Below are positions 30,134 to 41,400 of a DNA stretch of 64,000 bases, in pieces. Every line of letters starts with the position of its first letter. The first letter of the stretch is position 1. The notes beneath the pieces were generated by a model, which was not told the DNA's origin, made no database searches, and worked only from the letters and a program-made list of their open reading frames with translations. The stretch covers positions 256,001-320,000 of the forward strand of contig CAWIIP010000001.1 of the NCBI GenBank assembly GCA_963836235.1, in the 5' to 3' direction. Position numbers and translations under genes: made by a program. Source of the stretch: an uncultured Pseudomonadota bacterium. GTDB lineage: Bacteria; Oederibacteriota; Muellerivitia; Muellerivitales; Muellerivitaceae.

Positions 30134-33103
30134 ATGCCAAAAGGTCTTAAAAGACCAATTTTCTGGATCTTGATGGAGATTGGCCTGACCCTTTTTTCTA
30201 AACCTGTTTTTTCCGCAGGCATCACGCCACCCTCACCCACGGATGAAGGTCGGGCTCTCCTGAAGGCCCGTTCCTACCACTTGGCTATGGAACGCTTTCT
30301 TTTGGTTCAAGAGAAAAGTGAAAGTTATATAGAAAAAGCGATGGCTCTTCGGCTCATTGGTGAGACACAATTCCACGAAAAGGATTATGCTGCCGCCTAC
30401 CAGGCCTATCAACAATCCCTCCGGTTAAACCCGCTCACGAGCGGTGCACTGGGGCTCGAATTTAAATCCGCAGTCTCACTGGTTTATTTAAAAAATTACC
30501 CTTCGGCCATTGAGCAATTCAAGGAATTAGAGAAAAGAGCTTATGAAACGGATACGCTCTGCGACCTTTATTTTTGGGAGGCGGAGTGTTATTTCCAACT
30601 GGAACAATATCAGGAGGCGGGCCGGGAGTACGGAAAAATCCTTGAAAATAAGCCCGATTACCGGTATGGCGATATGGTACGTTATCTCCAAGCTTGGTGT
30701 TACTTCCTGCAAAAGGATTACCCGAAGGCGTTAGAGTGTTTTTCCAGGGTTTTCGACAAGACGAAAGACGAAACACTTAAAAAATTGACCTTGTTCCAAC
30801 AGGCCGAAACTCAATTTCGCATGGAACGCTACGCCGAAGCGAAAAAAAATTACCAAGATTTTCTCAAACAGTATCCCAAGGATTTCTTGGAAGTCCCCGC
30901 ACGATATGGGTTGGGATGGACATTTGAGAAGTTGAAGAATTCTCCCGACGCCATCAAAATATTTGGAAGTATCGTCAAGGATTTTCCTTCCCACTTATTG
31001 GCTCCTTGGGCCGCGGTCAGGCAGGGAACCGAATCTTATCAGGCGGGAAATCATGACCAAGCCCGCCAGGCTTATACCAGGGGTTTGGAATTAGCCTCAG
31101 GAAAGGCACCCGCCGATCTTTTGGAATATGGCTTGGGTTGGCTTGATTACTCCGATCAAGAATACGATGCCGCAGCACGGCATTTCCTGGATGTGTCGAA
31201 CTACCAGCCTCAAAGCGACCTCTATTGGGAGGCCCAATATCTTTTAGCCGGTTGTGAATACTTGGAAGGAAAATCCGACGACGCCAAACTGATCTATGGA
31301 CGATTGGCCCTGAAAGCTCCGGCGGAATTGGTAATGGCGGCGGCTTATTGGCAGGGTTGGTGCGATTATGCCCAAGGCAACTATGCTTTCGCGTTGAATG
31401 AGTTTAAAAAAGTTGGGGAAAAATCAGAAGGGGATTTAAAAGCTCGAGCCGATTGGGCTTCCGCCGAGTCGGCTTACGGGATGAAAGATTATGGGGATGC
31501 CGCAGAATATTATCAGAAAGCTCTCGATCTTGGGCCCTCCGATAATCTTTTGCTGACTTGCTACTCGGGCCTCGGTTGGTGTTATTTCCAACAGGAAAAA
31601 TACGAGGAGGCCGCAAAGGCTTTTCAGAACGCGGTCGAGCAAAATTCATCGGCGCCATTGGGTTTGGAATCCCAATTGCGAACTGGAGATTGCTATTACA
31701 ACCTTCATGACTATCCCAAAGCCGAAACAGCTTACCGTCCCCTGGTAGACCATCATGTGGGGCCACCCTACGAGTTGGACGCGCAGGAACAAATGGGCTG
31801 GTGCGCCTATCGGCAGGAAAAGTTTAGCGACGCGATAGCCACTTGGGATTCCCTGGTTAAAAAAAGCGGAACCGATGACCGGAAATCCCGTCTGCTTTAT
31901 TGGACGGCTTGGGCTTATTTCCGGTTGAAGAATTTTGACCATGCCTCCAGTGAGTTCAAAGAGGTGGAGTCCGATTATCCTAAAGACCCACTGGCCCCCG
32001 AATCCCACCTTCGGGAGGCGGATTGTCTTTTTAATCTCCAAAAATTTAAGGATTCCAAGGATGCTTATCAAAGTTTCCTGGATACTTATCCGGACAATTC
32101 CCTGCTTCCCGACGCTCTGTACGGGCTTCAATGGTCCGCCGAAAAGCTCGGGGAGAAGGAAACTTCTTCCAATGTCGCCAAACAGTTTCTCGAAAAGTTT
32201 CCCAATAGTCCCTTTGCCTCTAGCGTCCAATACCGCATGGCTGAGGGCCTCTTTCACGATGAAAAATTCGACGAGGCTATCTTGGCCTACAAGGACCTTT
32301 TGGCCAAATATCCTGACAGTTCGGAGGCTCCGCGGGCCCTTTTTTGGCTGGGAACAGCATTGGTTAAGGAAGAAAAAAACGAAGAAGCAATCCCGATTTT
32401 CCAGGAACTATTGAAGAAATATCCCAGCGATCCCTTGGCCTTGGAAGGTCAATTCAGTTTGGGTTCGGTTTATTTCGAGACCGGCAAGTTTCAGGACGCC
32501 TTAAACGCTTACACCGATATCTTTACCCATTATCCCGACCATCGCCTGGCGACCCACGCCCTTTTCAACAGCGCGGTCTGTGAAAAACAACTGAAGCACA
32601 ACGACAAGGCGCTGGCTTATTTCCAAAAGTTGTTGCAAGACTATGGAAAGGACCCGCTGGCTCAGGAAGCGGGTCTTCAAGCGGGCCTTCTTTTAGAAAA
32701 AACAGGCAAACAAGAGGAAGCGCTGAAGGCTTATGAAACCACGATGTCATCGCCGGATTCTTCCTTGGCGGTGGAGGCGTCTTTTTACCACGCGGATCTG
32801 TTGAAGCAGATGAAGAAGTACGATGACGCCCGAGGCGAATTCAACCATCTCATCATCAAATATCCCTCAGAAGACCAATGGGTCGTGACCGCTTTCGCCA
32901 AAATCGCGGAGACTTACGAGGAACAAAAGGAATATCCCAAGGCGGAGGAGTCTTATAAGCGAATCCTGAAATACACCCAAATCAAAGCTTATCGGACTGC
33001 CACCTACAAAAGGCTAAAAGCGCTGCAGCCTTTTCTCAAGAAGACAAAGGAAAAAACTTCCACTGCTGATGTTGGGCACGAAAGCGGGGGGGATTCACAA
33101 TGA
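30134..33103 (+). CDS. Giant periplasmic TPR protein (CpoB/BamD-type repeats); start uncertain (ORF opens at 30002)
   Basis: More than 20 TPR-like repeats such as YPDSSEAPRALFWLG and YPDNSLLPDALYGL; signal-like N-terminus. Confidence 0.9.
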   Translation: MPKGLKRPIFWILMEIGLTLFSKPVFSAGITPPSPTDEGRALLKARSYHLAMERFLLVQEKSESYIEKAMALRLIGETQFHEKDYAAAYQAYQQSLRLNPLTSGALGLEFKSAVSLVYLKNYPSAIEQFKELEKRAYETDTLCDLYFWEAECYFQLEQYQEAGREYGKILENKPDYRYGDMVRYLQAWCYFLQKDYPKALECFSRVFDKTKDETLKKLTLFQQAETQFRMERYAEAKKNYQDFLKQYPKDFLEVPARYGLGWTFEKLKNSPDAIKIFGSIVKDFPSHLLAPWAAVRQGTESYQAGNHDQARQAYTRGLELASGKAPADLLEYGLGWLDYSDQEYDAAARHFLDVSNYQPQSDLYWEAQYLLAGCEYLEGKSDDAKLIYGRLALKAPAELVMAAAYWQGWCDYAQGNYAFALNEFKKVGEKSEGDLKARADWASAESAYGMKDYGDAAEYYQKALDLGPSDNLLLTCYSGLGWCYFQQEKYEEAAKAFQNAVEQNSSAPLGLESQLRTGDCYYNLHDYPKAETAYRPLVDHHVGPPYELDAQEQMGWCAYRQEKFSDAIATWDSLVKKSGTDDRKSRLLYWTAWAYFRLKNFDHASSEFKEVESDYPKDPLAPESHLREADCLFNLQKFKDSKDAYQSFLDTYPDNSLLPDALYGLQWSAEKLGEKETSSNVAKQFLEKFPNSPFASSVQYRMAEGLFHDEKFDEAILAYKDLLAKYPDSSEAPRALFWLGTALVKEEKNEEAIPIFQELLKKYPSDPLALEGQFSLGSVYFETGKFQDALNAYTDIFTHYPDHRLATHALFNSAVCEKQLKHNDKALAYFQKLLQDYGKDPLAQEAGLQAGLLLEKTGKQEEALKAYETTMSSPDSSLAVEASFYHADLLKQMKKYDDARGEFNHLIIKYPSEDQWVVTAFAKIAETYEEQKEYPKAEESYKRILKYTQIKAYRTATYKRLKALQPFLKKTKEKTSTADVGHESGGDSQ

Positions 33104-34947
33104 GGTTTTGGATTGGATTCTTATTATTTAGTTCGATGAGTCTTTTTTCTTTTTATCCGCTTTATGCGCAAGATCAGCCGACACCAGTCGCGTCCCCGGT
33201 ATTTAAGGAAATAAACATCTCCGCCGAAACACCTTCCGCTGACCAATCCGCTGTCGAAAATCCGGTGACACTTTCCAAACCTGAAGCGGTACCGACGGAA
33301 AGTGGTTCGGCCCAGGCGCCTTCATCGAATCCAAAACCATCCCAAGGAGAAGGGGAAAAGGCGCCGGTGCAAAGCCGTCCGACCGCCGTTCCGGAATTCT
33401 CACTGCCGGAAGTTGTGATCACGGGAGAGAACGAGTTGACCATCGACGCGAAACGCCTGGATATTAAAGAAAATGATGTCACCTTGGGTAGCCATGACCT
33501 AACGGGAGTGGATCGTGCTTTTAACGATCTGCCGGGTTTAAGCAAAACTTTCACCGCGCTCGCAACCGAGGAGGCGGGTCCCGCAAAAGACACGGCCTTG
33601 GTTTTGCATCTGGGCGGCGGTATCCCTGATACCTATGGTGGTTGGGGACTTTTCGGCCAGCAATTCAAAGATGTCCAATACCTTTTATCGGGGTTTTATT
33701 CCAATTGGGGTGGTGAGTCCACCTTAAGCGGATTTGACAGAGACCGCCGCTATGGTTATGGGGGCCAGGTCGATCTTTTTCCATCGTCCCCGATGAACCT
33801 GCTTCTCGGTGGGAATTTCCAACGTCTCAATGCTGAACTTCCTTACCAGGGCTCGCAAAGGGAACTACATGATGGGGTGGATTTAGATGGAACTTTTCAT
33901 TGGAAACTATCGGATTTAACCCAAGCCCAATTGAAAATATCCAACCAGACCACCTTTCTTAATTATTGGGACCAGACTCTCTTGAGCCACCAAACCCAGG
34001 AATTTCAGACGCAGTTGAAATTAAATGCCGATGCCTTAGGAACTTTTCTTAACCAGGCCTCGGTTGAAATCGGTGGGCGTCATGCTACCTCTGATTTCTT
34101 GGCGCCTGAGGCCGCTGCCGACTACGATTGGGGCTGGGTTAACTTCCAGGGTGAACTCAAAGAGGGTGAAAACCTGAGCCTAACGGCCCGATTCCAGGCC
34201 CAGGGGGGAAGTGGCCTGGATTTGCCGTTGCGGGCTTATCCGGCGATCAATCTTATGTGGAGGGTTTTTGGGAACAGCCAGGTGAACCTCTATTGGCAAA
34301 GCGACCGCAACGTCGACAGTTTCAACAAAACCTATATGTCGCAGGAACATATCAGCCCGGTTAACGGATTCCCATCCCCGACGGAGGTGACGAGCGAATG
34401 GGGAGGGCGATTCACGCAAAAGTTGACAGAAGCGGTCCTTTTGTCCTTAACCGGATCTTTAGCCCAAATTCACGGCTATCATCAGTGGACGGACATCAAT
34501 GCGGCTGACCCGGTCTTCATTCAGGACTATTCAACACTCAACCAGGTCCAATTGAACAAAGGCGCGGCTAATCTTCAATGGAATTTCTCAAAAGACTGGC
34601 AGGCTGCAGCCACTTACCAATGGACTCAGGCTTCAAACCAATCGGGAGATGGAAAAAATCTGACGGACCTTCCCACGAGTCGGGGTGTTTTTTCCATCTA
34701 CCGTGGCGACGACAAGTGGGAAGCCCGTTTGGAAATGCAATTGGCTTCCGAAAGCCAGGCTTTCGAGGTTCTGCCGGGAACACTCCCTGCTTACGCGACA
34801 GTTGGGCTTGACGCCACTTACCATATCACTAAGACTTTTTCCCTTTGGCTGATGGGGGATAATCTTCTCGGGCGTGCCTACCAGTTGGAACCGGGTTATT
34901 TAGAGCCTCAATATCACGTGCGTGGAGGCGTGGAGATCATCTTCTAG
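33100..34947 (+). CDS. Outer-membrane beta-barrel with TonB-box-like motif (TBDR-like, no canonical plug)
   Basis: Signal peptide, P/T linker, LPEVVITG, amphipathic strands, DNLLGRAY and terminal VEIIF. Confidence 0.75.
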   Translation: MRFWIGFLLFSSMSLFSFYPLYAQDQPTPVASPVFKEINISAETPSADQSAVENPVTLSKPEAVPTESGSAQAPSSNPKPSQGEGEKAPVQSRPTAVPEFSLPEVVITGENELTIDAKRLDIKENDVTLGSHDLTGVDRAFNDLPGLSKTFTALATEEAGPAKDTALVLHLGGGIPDTYGGWGLFGQQFKDVQYLLSGFYSNWGGESTLSGFDRDRRYGYGGQVDLFPSSPMNLLLGGNFQRLNAELPYQGSQRELHDGVDLDGTFHWKLSDLTQAQLKISNQTTFLNYWDQTLLSHQTQEFQTQLKLNADALGTFLNQASVEIGGRHATSDFLAPEAAADYDWGWVNFQGELKEGENLSLTARFQAQGGSGLDLPLRAYPAINLMWRVFGNSQVNLYWQSDRNVDSFNKTYMSQEHISPVNGFPSPTEVTSEWGGRFTQKLTEAVLLSLTGSLAQIHGYHQWTDINAADPVFIQDYSTLNQVQLNKGAANLQWNFSKDWQAAATYQWTQASNQSGDGKNLTDLPTSRGVFSIYRGDDKWEARLEMQLASESQAFEVLPGTLPAYATVGLDATYHITKTFSLWLMGDNLLGRAYQLEPGYLEPQYHVRGGVEIIF

Positions 34948-34983
34948 GATGGGGGTTTGAAGTCTAAGTTTTGACTTAATGGT

Positions 34984-35022
34984 TTATGATTGATTTTAAT
35001 CGAAGATTAAAATCAATCATAA
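34984..35022. repeat. Perfect 18-bp inverted repeat
   Basis: TTATGATTGATTTTAATC-GAA-GATTAAAATCAATCATAA. Confidence 0.9.
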
Positions 35023-35069
35023 CGTAAACTTAAAACTCAAAATTTTAAACTTAATTTCGGAGGTTTTGG

Positions 35070-35684
35070 ATGACACATGATTTTTCGCTGATCCAAGTGA
35101 TGCTCAAGGGGGGATGGACCATCGGCCTATTGGTCGTCCTCTCGATTTTGGTTTTCGCCGTTCTTTACGAAAGATGGAGTTATTTTAAGGCCCATTATCA
35201 AAGCCGGGAGGAGGTTTTAGCGGGGTTGGAACCTTTCCTGAACCGCAAGAGTTCCCAAGAATGTATCGAGGCTTGCGATCGAAACGGAACGCTCTTGGCG
35301 CAAGTCATCCGGGCGGGGTTAAAGGCGAAATCGGATAAGACCGATATTCAGCAATCCATGGAGAGGGAAGCCAAAATCCAACTGCTGAAGCTGGAAAGGC
35401 GTCTGCCGTTGATGGCGACCATAGGTTCCATTGCCCCCTTCGTGGGCCTTTTTGGCACCGTACTGGGTATTATCCGGGCCTTTCGGGATCTTGCCCTGGC
35501 CAACGCCGGGGGAGCGGCTGTGGTTTCGCAAGGAATCGCCGAAGCCTTGATCGCGACCGCGACCGGCCTCTTCGTGGCCATCGCCGCGGTTTTTATTTAT
35601 AACACCTTTCAAGCGAGGTTGAACGCGATTGCCCAGGAAGCTGAGATTGTCATTTCCGAGATGACTGAACGATTAGGAAACTAG
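35070..35684 (+). CDS. exbB: MotA/TolQ/ExbB proton channel protein
   Basis: ATIGSIAPFVGLFGTVLGII, GIAEALIATATGL. Confidence 0.9.
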   Translation: MTHDFSLIQVMLKGGWTIGLLVVLSILVFAVLYERWSYFKAHYQSREEVLAGLEPFLNRKSSQECIEACDRNGTLLAQVIRAGLKAKSDKTDIQQSMEREAKIQLLKLERRLPLMATIGSIAPFVGLFGTVLGIIRAFRDLALANAGGAAVVSQGIAEALIATATGLFVAIAAVFIYNTFQARLNAIAQEAEIVISEMTERLGN

Positions 35685-35693
35685 GAGGCCGCG

Positions 35694-36140
35694 ATGCAAA
35701 GCCGACTAAGGCCGCAATCAAAATTAATCGCTGAAATCAATATGGTTCCTTTCACCGATGTGGTGCTGGTGCTTTTGGTAATTTTTATGGTCACAACACC
35801 CTTTTTGTTTCAAGGTGATTTCCAGGTGAAGTTGCCCAAGGTTGCCGCACCCTCGCCCCAATTGCCCGAAACAATCACCCTCACCGTGACGCAAGGCGAT
35901 AAAATTTATTTAAACGACAAGGAAACAACCTTGGACGCACTCACGGCGCTGCTGGAGGAGGTGATGAAACTGAAGCCACAGGCCCTGGTCATGATCAATG
36001 CGGATAAAAATGTGTCCCATGGTTCCGTCGCCGAGGTGATGTCCAAAGCCTATTTGGCCGGCGTCACCAAGGTGGGAATCGCGGTGGAGTTGGATAATGG
36101 AAACGCTTCGGTTGTCGCGGCCCCGGGAGCGTTTAACTAA
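35694..36140 (+). CDS. exbD: ExbD/TolR family protein
   Basis: INMVPFTDVVLVLLVIFMVT with the conserved Asp; INADK. Confidence 0.9.
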   Translation: MQSRLRPQSKLIAEINMVPFTDVVLVLLVIFMVTTPFLFQGDFQVKLPKVAAPSPQLPETITLTVTQGDKIYLNDKETTLDALTALLEEVMKLKPQALVMINADKNVSHGSVAEVMSKAYLAGVTKVGIAVELDNGNASVVAAPGAFN

Positions 36141-36186
36141 AATTAGTAAGCCAGACGCTAAAAGGTTGTAAAAAGGCAGGGTTTAG

Positions 36187-36951
36187 ATGGATAAGCAATT
36201 TCAAAAATCAATTCTTTACTCGACCGGTTTTCACGCCTTGTTGCTGCTTATTTTATTCCTTGTCTATCAGTCTTTTCTGGTAGTCCATACCCCGCTCATG
36301 ATGGATTTGACCTTGATCGGTCAGATGTCACAAGGCGCCGGTTTGGGCTCGCCCGCGGCCCAAACCGGGCAGGTTCCCAACCAATTACCAATGGCTTCCA
36401 CCAACGGCGATTTTGGAAGTACCCATACCACCCCGGCCAACCCCCCGATTGACCAAGCTCCGAGGCCCGAAGTCGCCGTCAAAAAGCCTCTGAAGCCGCA
36501 AAAGCACGCGGGAAATGCGCCGAACGAGGCTTATTTGGAAAACTTAACCCAAGAGGCCCCTATTGGCCTGGAAAATAAAAAAGACATTGCGGCGGACATT
36601 AAAACGACGACCGGCCTGGGCAGGTCTGGAGTGGCCGGTACTTCTGATGGAAGCCCTACGATTGAAGGCGAGTTGGCGGCCCGGGCCATCAAACACCAAG
36701 TGAATCCGATCTATCCGGATTGGGCCAAAAAGCAAGGTGTGGAAGCCACGGTGAAATTCAAACTAACAGTTCTTCCCAACGGCTTATTAAAGGAAGAGGA
36801 CCTGCAACTAGACCAGACTTCTGGCTACCGAGAATTGGACCGGGTAGTTTATGATGCCTTAATTCAATGGGAATTTGAACCCTTAGCCGCCAACATCACC
36901 CAGGTTGACCAATCGGGTGTCATCAGTTTTTCTTTTAGTTTGAAAAATTAA
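36187..36951 (+). CDS. tonB: TonB family energy transducer
   Basis: TM with S...H (STGFHALL), Pro-rich linker, PIYPDWAKKQGVEA, SGYRELD, WEFEP. Confidence 0.85.
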   Translation: MDKQFQKSILYSTGFHALLLLILFLVYQSFLVVHTPLMMDLTLIGQMSQGAGLGSPAAQTGQVPNQLPMASTNGDFGSTHTTPANPPIDQAPRPEVAVKKPLKPQKHAGNAPNEAYLENLTQEAPIGLENKKDIAADIKTTTGLGRSGVAGTSDGSPTIEGELAARAIKHQVNPIYPDWAKKQGVEATVKFKLTVLPNGLLKEEDLQLDQTSGYRELDRVVYDALIQWEFEPLAANITQVDQSGVISFSFSLKN

Positions 36952-37041
36952 TCTTATTTAGTTTGTAAGAATTTTGTTGTCGGTCATAAGGTTTCCAATC
37001 GGCTCCTCTCATGTTATATTTTGCTCCGGAGATTAAAAACA

Positions 37042-37749
37042 ATGAGCACCCCTCTTTGGAATAAAAAACTGAAATGTCCCTTCTGTTCTTTCGAATTTGA
37101 AACCACCCGGATGCGGGCGACGGTTATTAAAATCAAGGATAAGATGACCGATTTTGGCAATATCTATGAGGGGGAATGTCCTTATTTTTACGCCGTTACG
37201 GTTTGTCCCCAGTGTACTTTCGCGGCCTTGAACAAAGATTTCGACACCATTCGCGCCGACTATGAATCAAAGGTTTTTGATGCCACCCGCCTTATCCGAC
37301 AATCCGGAAAACCGAAATCTGATATTTTCAGGTTGGGAACTATGACTCCGGAAGTCGCGATCAAACGCCATGAGTTGGCCATCGCCTTCACGAAAATGCG
37401 GACCTATTCCGAGCTTGGAACATTGGCGGGTCTTTACATGCATTTGGTTTGGATTAACCGGCTTCGACAAGATTATGAAAACGAAAAAACGGCTATGGCC
37501 CAAGCCGTTAAGGCCTATGAAGAGTTCCATGAAAAGGGAGGCGAGCTTCCTGAAAAATTGGGTGAGCCTGGAATACTTTACCTGATCGGTGAACTATACC
37601 GCCGTCAGGGTTTATATAAAGAGGCCCGGAATTATTATGGACGAGCCGTAATGAGTAAAGAAATCAAAAGCTTTCCCCAAATCGCCAACATGACCCGTGA
37701 CATGATGCAGATCGCCAAGGATCAAATGGAAAAAGCGGAAACAGCATAG
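37042..37749 (+). CDS. DUF2225 family protein (CxxC pairs + TPR)
   Basis: CPFC...CPQC, LAWxxR-like LVWINR, YLIGELYRR. Confidence 0.8.
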   Translation: MSTPLWNKKLKCPFCSFEFETTRMRATVIKIKDKMTDFGNIYEGECPYFYAVTVCPQCTFAALNKDFDTIRADYESKVFDATRLIRQSGKPKSDIFRLGTMTPEVAIKRHELAIAFTKMRTYSELGTLAGLYMHLVWINRLRQDYENEKTAMAQAVKAYEEFHEKGGELPEKLGEPGILYLIGELYRRQGLYKEARNYYGRAVMSKEIKSFPQIANMTRDMMQIAKDQMEKAETA

Positions 37750-37751
37750 CT

Positions 37752-38123
37752 ATGGTGTTTTTGATTAGTGAACCCCGTCCCTATTCCATACTTCGTCTGG
37801 TGAAACAGGGGAGGGAAATCAAAAAAGAGATTATTCGATTGTCGGAAACTGTTCCCTTTGAAACAACCAACGTCGAAGAAAAGACTAAATTAGGGAATCC
37901 TTGGATGACCTTGTTGTTTAACGACGAGATCCATAGTTTCGATGAGGTCATTTTGCAGATACAGAAAGCTACGGGCTATTCCCTTGAGAGGGCTGTTGAA
38001 CTTATTTTTCAAGTCCATCAAAGAGGCAAGGCTGTGATTTATATCGGGGTGAAAGAGAAGTGCGAGAACGTTGCCGATATCCTGGGACAGATTCGTTTGA
38101 TTACGCAGGTGGAAGAAAGCTAG
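37752..38123 (+). CDS. clpS: ATP-dependent Clp protease adaptor ClpS family
   Basis: LLFNDEIHSFDEVI...VHQRGKAVI; the true start may be downstream. Confidence 0.85.
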   Translation: MVFLISEPRPYSILRLVKQGREIKKEIIRLSETVPFETTNVEEKTKLGNPWMTLLFNDEIHSFDEVILQIQKATGYSLERAVELIFQVHQRGKAVIYIGVKEKCENVADILGQIRLITQVEES

Positions 38124-38441
38124 TACCTGTTTTGAGGCTTTTTATCCCATTTTCGGGTTTTAAGTTTTCCTCCCGATCCTTTTAATATTTATCGTTTTAA
38201 TGTGCAACCTAATGTCTTCAAAAGCCAAAAAAAGCGTTTTTCTTTAAACTTTGTGATATTATTAATATAAGTTAACCACCAAAGATCAAAAATCTGAGTT
38301 CCAGTCGATTCTCTCAAAACGTTTGCTGGCGGGACAAAGACACGTTTTATTGCGGATCATGGAGAGATGAAAATCATGAAAACGTTATTACTCAGAATTA
38401 CTGTAACCGGTTTTACTGTTTTTTTTCAGAGTAGAAATATT

Positions 38442-41400
38442 ATGAAAAAAATTCCATTGGTTCTATTTATAACCTTAAGTCTTTTTGCTTCGTCAAAATT
38501 ATTCGCCCTACCTGCGGTAACAAATTCTACTTATTGTCCAACGGGTGGTGGTCCGACGACATATACGTCCGTGGCAACTTATTACACGGGTGTCTACAAT
38601 AGCCCTGGAACGGGCAATTGCGGTTTTCCTTCCGGGTCCTATGACCCAAATATGTTTGCCGCCATCGATGGCAATACTTCCAACGATTACGCAAATGGCG
38701 AAGCCTGCGGTGCTTGCGTCGCCGCGCGGGATACCGCCAATGGAACCGCAGTGACGCTGATGATCATCGATAATTGCGCCACCTGTTCCAACGCCCACCA
38801 GCTCGACCTCTCGCCAACGGCCTTTACGGATTTAGCAGGTACCACGGTGACGGGCCAGGTCAACATCACTTGGAACTTCGTTCCTTGCCCCCTGAGCCTG
38901 ATGACGGGAGATCCAACGGGAAATATCACTTACCAGTGGAAATCGGGCTGTAGCGCTTTTTACGACCCGATCCAGTTCATGGATATGTTATTTCCGATTG
39001 TCAGTGTCAGTTACGCCACCAGCAGCGGAGGCCCTTTTACATCGCTGGTCCTTGGGTCAAGCGGCGTAGGTGGAGACGAATATTGGGGACCCTCCAGTGG
39101 AAACTTAAATAGCACATCAGGGCCTTTTTATTTTGACGTGACCGATGCCGAGGGCGGCTCCGTAACGCTTGGGCCCATCAGCGTGGGCAGTTGTGGAGTA
39201 ACCAACGCGACTACTTCCCAGTTGCCGGGTTGCGGGCCCACGAGCACGCCGACGATCACCTTGACGCCTACCGTTACAATGACACCAACTAAAACTAATA
39301 CACCTGGTTCGCCCACCGCGACACCGGTAGGCACCAATACCCCTACCCCGAATCCCACCAGTTCCTTACCTGGAGGAATCACCGCCACCAACTGTTCGCC
39401 CTCGGGACAAGCGGCGGGAGCCCAACAACAACAAGTGGTTTTGACGGGCCCGGGATTGAATTACGTGATGGCATCGGAAAGCTGCGGCGGAGCGGGCCTG
39501 ACAGTTACCTTGCCTCCAGGAGCCGTTCCGGTCACGGCTTTTCTGTGGCTTTATTACAACGGGCCCACGGGAGATGTGTCGACGGATACGGAAACCTTTA
39601 ATGGCCACGGGCTGGGCACGGGGACTTTGGCGGGTGCGGCAACCTATACGGGCTGGCCCCAAACCTGGGTGAACGACCGGTATAACTTGAATCCGGGTAC
39701 GGTGGGAATCACGGGAAGCGGAGTTTATCACGTCAGTGCGACGCTAGGGGGATCAGACTCCTGTCAATCCCAATCCATCATGGTGGTCTATCAAGACCCG
39801 GCCCAAATGGCGACCAATAGCGCAGTAGTGGTGGCGGATGGAAGCAGCGCCTGGCACATTGAGGATAACGGGATGATCGCCTATGGCGCCCCGCCCCCGA
39901 ACGCGGGATTGAATTGGGCCTGCGCAAACCTGAATTGTTCCACGAATGAGACCTTGAGCATGTCAGCCATCGGTGGCAACCACGATTGCGGGGTGGCGAA
40001 TGACTATGACCAAATCCTTTCAGGGGGAGCCACTATTTGGAAAGGACCGAGCGATATTTTGGATTGTGGAAACGGACCGGATCAAATCGCCAAATTGCGA
40101 AATTATGAAGGTGTGCTAACTCTTCCATCGACTTCCACGGGAATCACTTGGGGCTTTGGTGTGAGCGGTAGTACTGCCAAGACGACCTATTGGCAGGAAG
40201 CTTTAGCGGCTCAGGTGTCTTGCCAGCCCTTAACCCACTGCTCGGATGCCATCACCTTCAATTCAAGTCCCGTGGGTGGGATACCCCAAGGATGGATCAC
40301 GGGAGACGCCCCGGTGAGCCAAAAAACAGGGTGGGTGGAGTCTAGTAGCGGTATTTCTCAAACAGCCGGTTGTTCGGGCATTCCAAGCGAGTTATTGGAT
40401 AACAATATCCGTACTGGTCCTGGAACCATGCTGGTCCAGATGCAAGCTACCCAGTACCAAGCTTCGGGGGACGGGCTTTTGCTGGATTACAATAATCTTA
40501 CTGGAACAGGTTATGAGGTCAGCTTTACCAATACTTCGCCCGCCTCGATTTTATTCATTCAAAATCCAAATGATTCTCCGACAACTCTGGGAACGGCCTC
40601 TGTCGCATCCGCTAGCGCCACGCTTTTCAGCGAATTTTGGGCCCAAGTGGTTCAAACCAGCAGTTGCCAATTTATTGTTTCCTATGGGCCAACCGCCACT
40701 TCCTTGACCGCCGCCGCGACTTTTACCGTTTCCGGTTGTACCACCACTGGAATGGCCGGATTTGAGGCGGGTTCTTGCTCCAATAATAATTATCAATCTT
40801 TCAGTTGGACTAGCGGTTGTCCGGCGACTCCAACGCCTACGAAGACACCCACGAATACGCCGACCCCCACACCAACCAACACCCCTACGCCGACTCCGAC
40901 TAAAACGACAACCGCTACGACGACTTCTTCGGCGACGAGCACAACGACCGCATCGGCGACGGCGTCAGCTACGAGTAGTACGACGAGTACGACTACGAAA
41001 ACCAGTACCGCGACCGCCGTCGCCACGGCTACTTCTTCAGCCACGGCGAGCGCGACGAGTTCGGCGACTTCGAGCACGACGGCCTCCGCGACCACCACGA
41101 CCACCAAAACAGCGACGGCGAGCGCGACCTCCAGTACCACTTCATCGGCCACGGCAAGCGCGACGAGTTCGGCGACTTCCAGCGCCACGGCTTCGGCGAC
41201 CACTACGACGACCAAAACGGCGACGGCGAGTGCGACCACCACGGCCACTTCATCCGCTACGGCGAGTACGACGAGTTCGGCGACTTCCAGCGCGACGGCT
41301 TCCACCACCGCTACGACCACTAAAACGGCAACCGCAAGCGCCACGGCGAGTACCACCAATTCGGCGACCGCTTCCGCCACGGCCAGCGCGACCGCCACCA

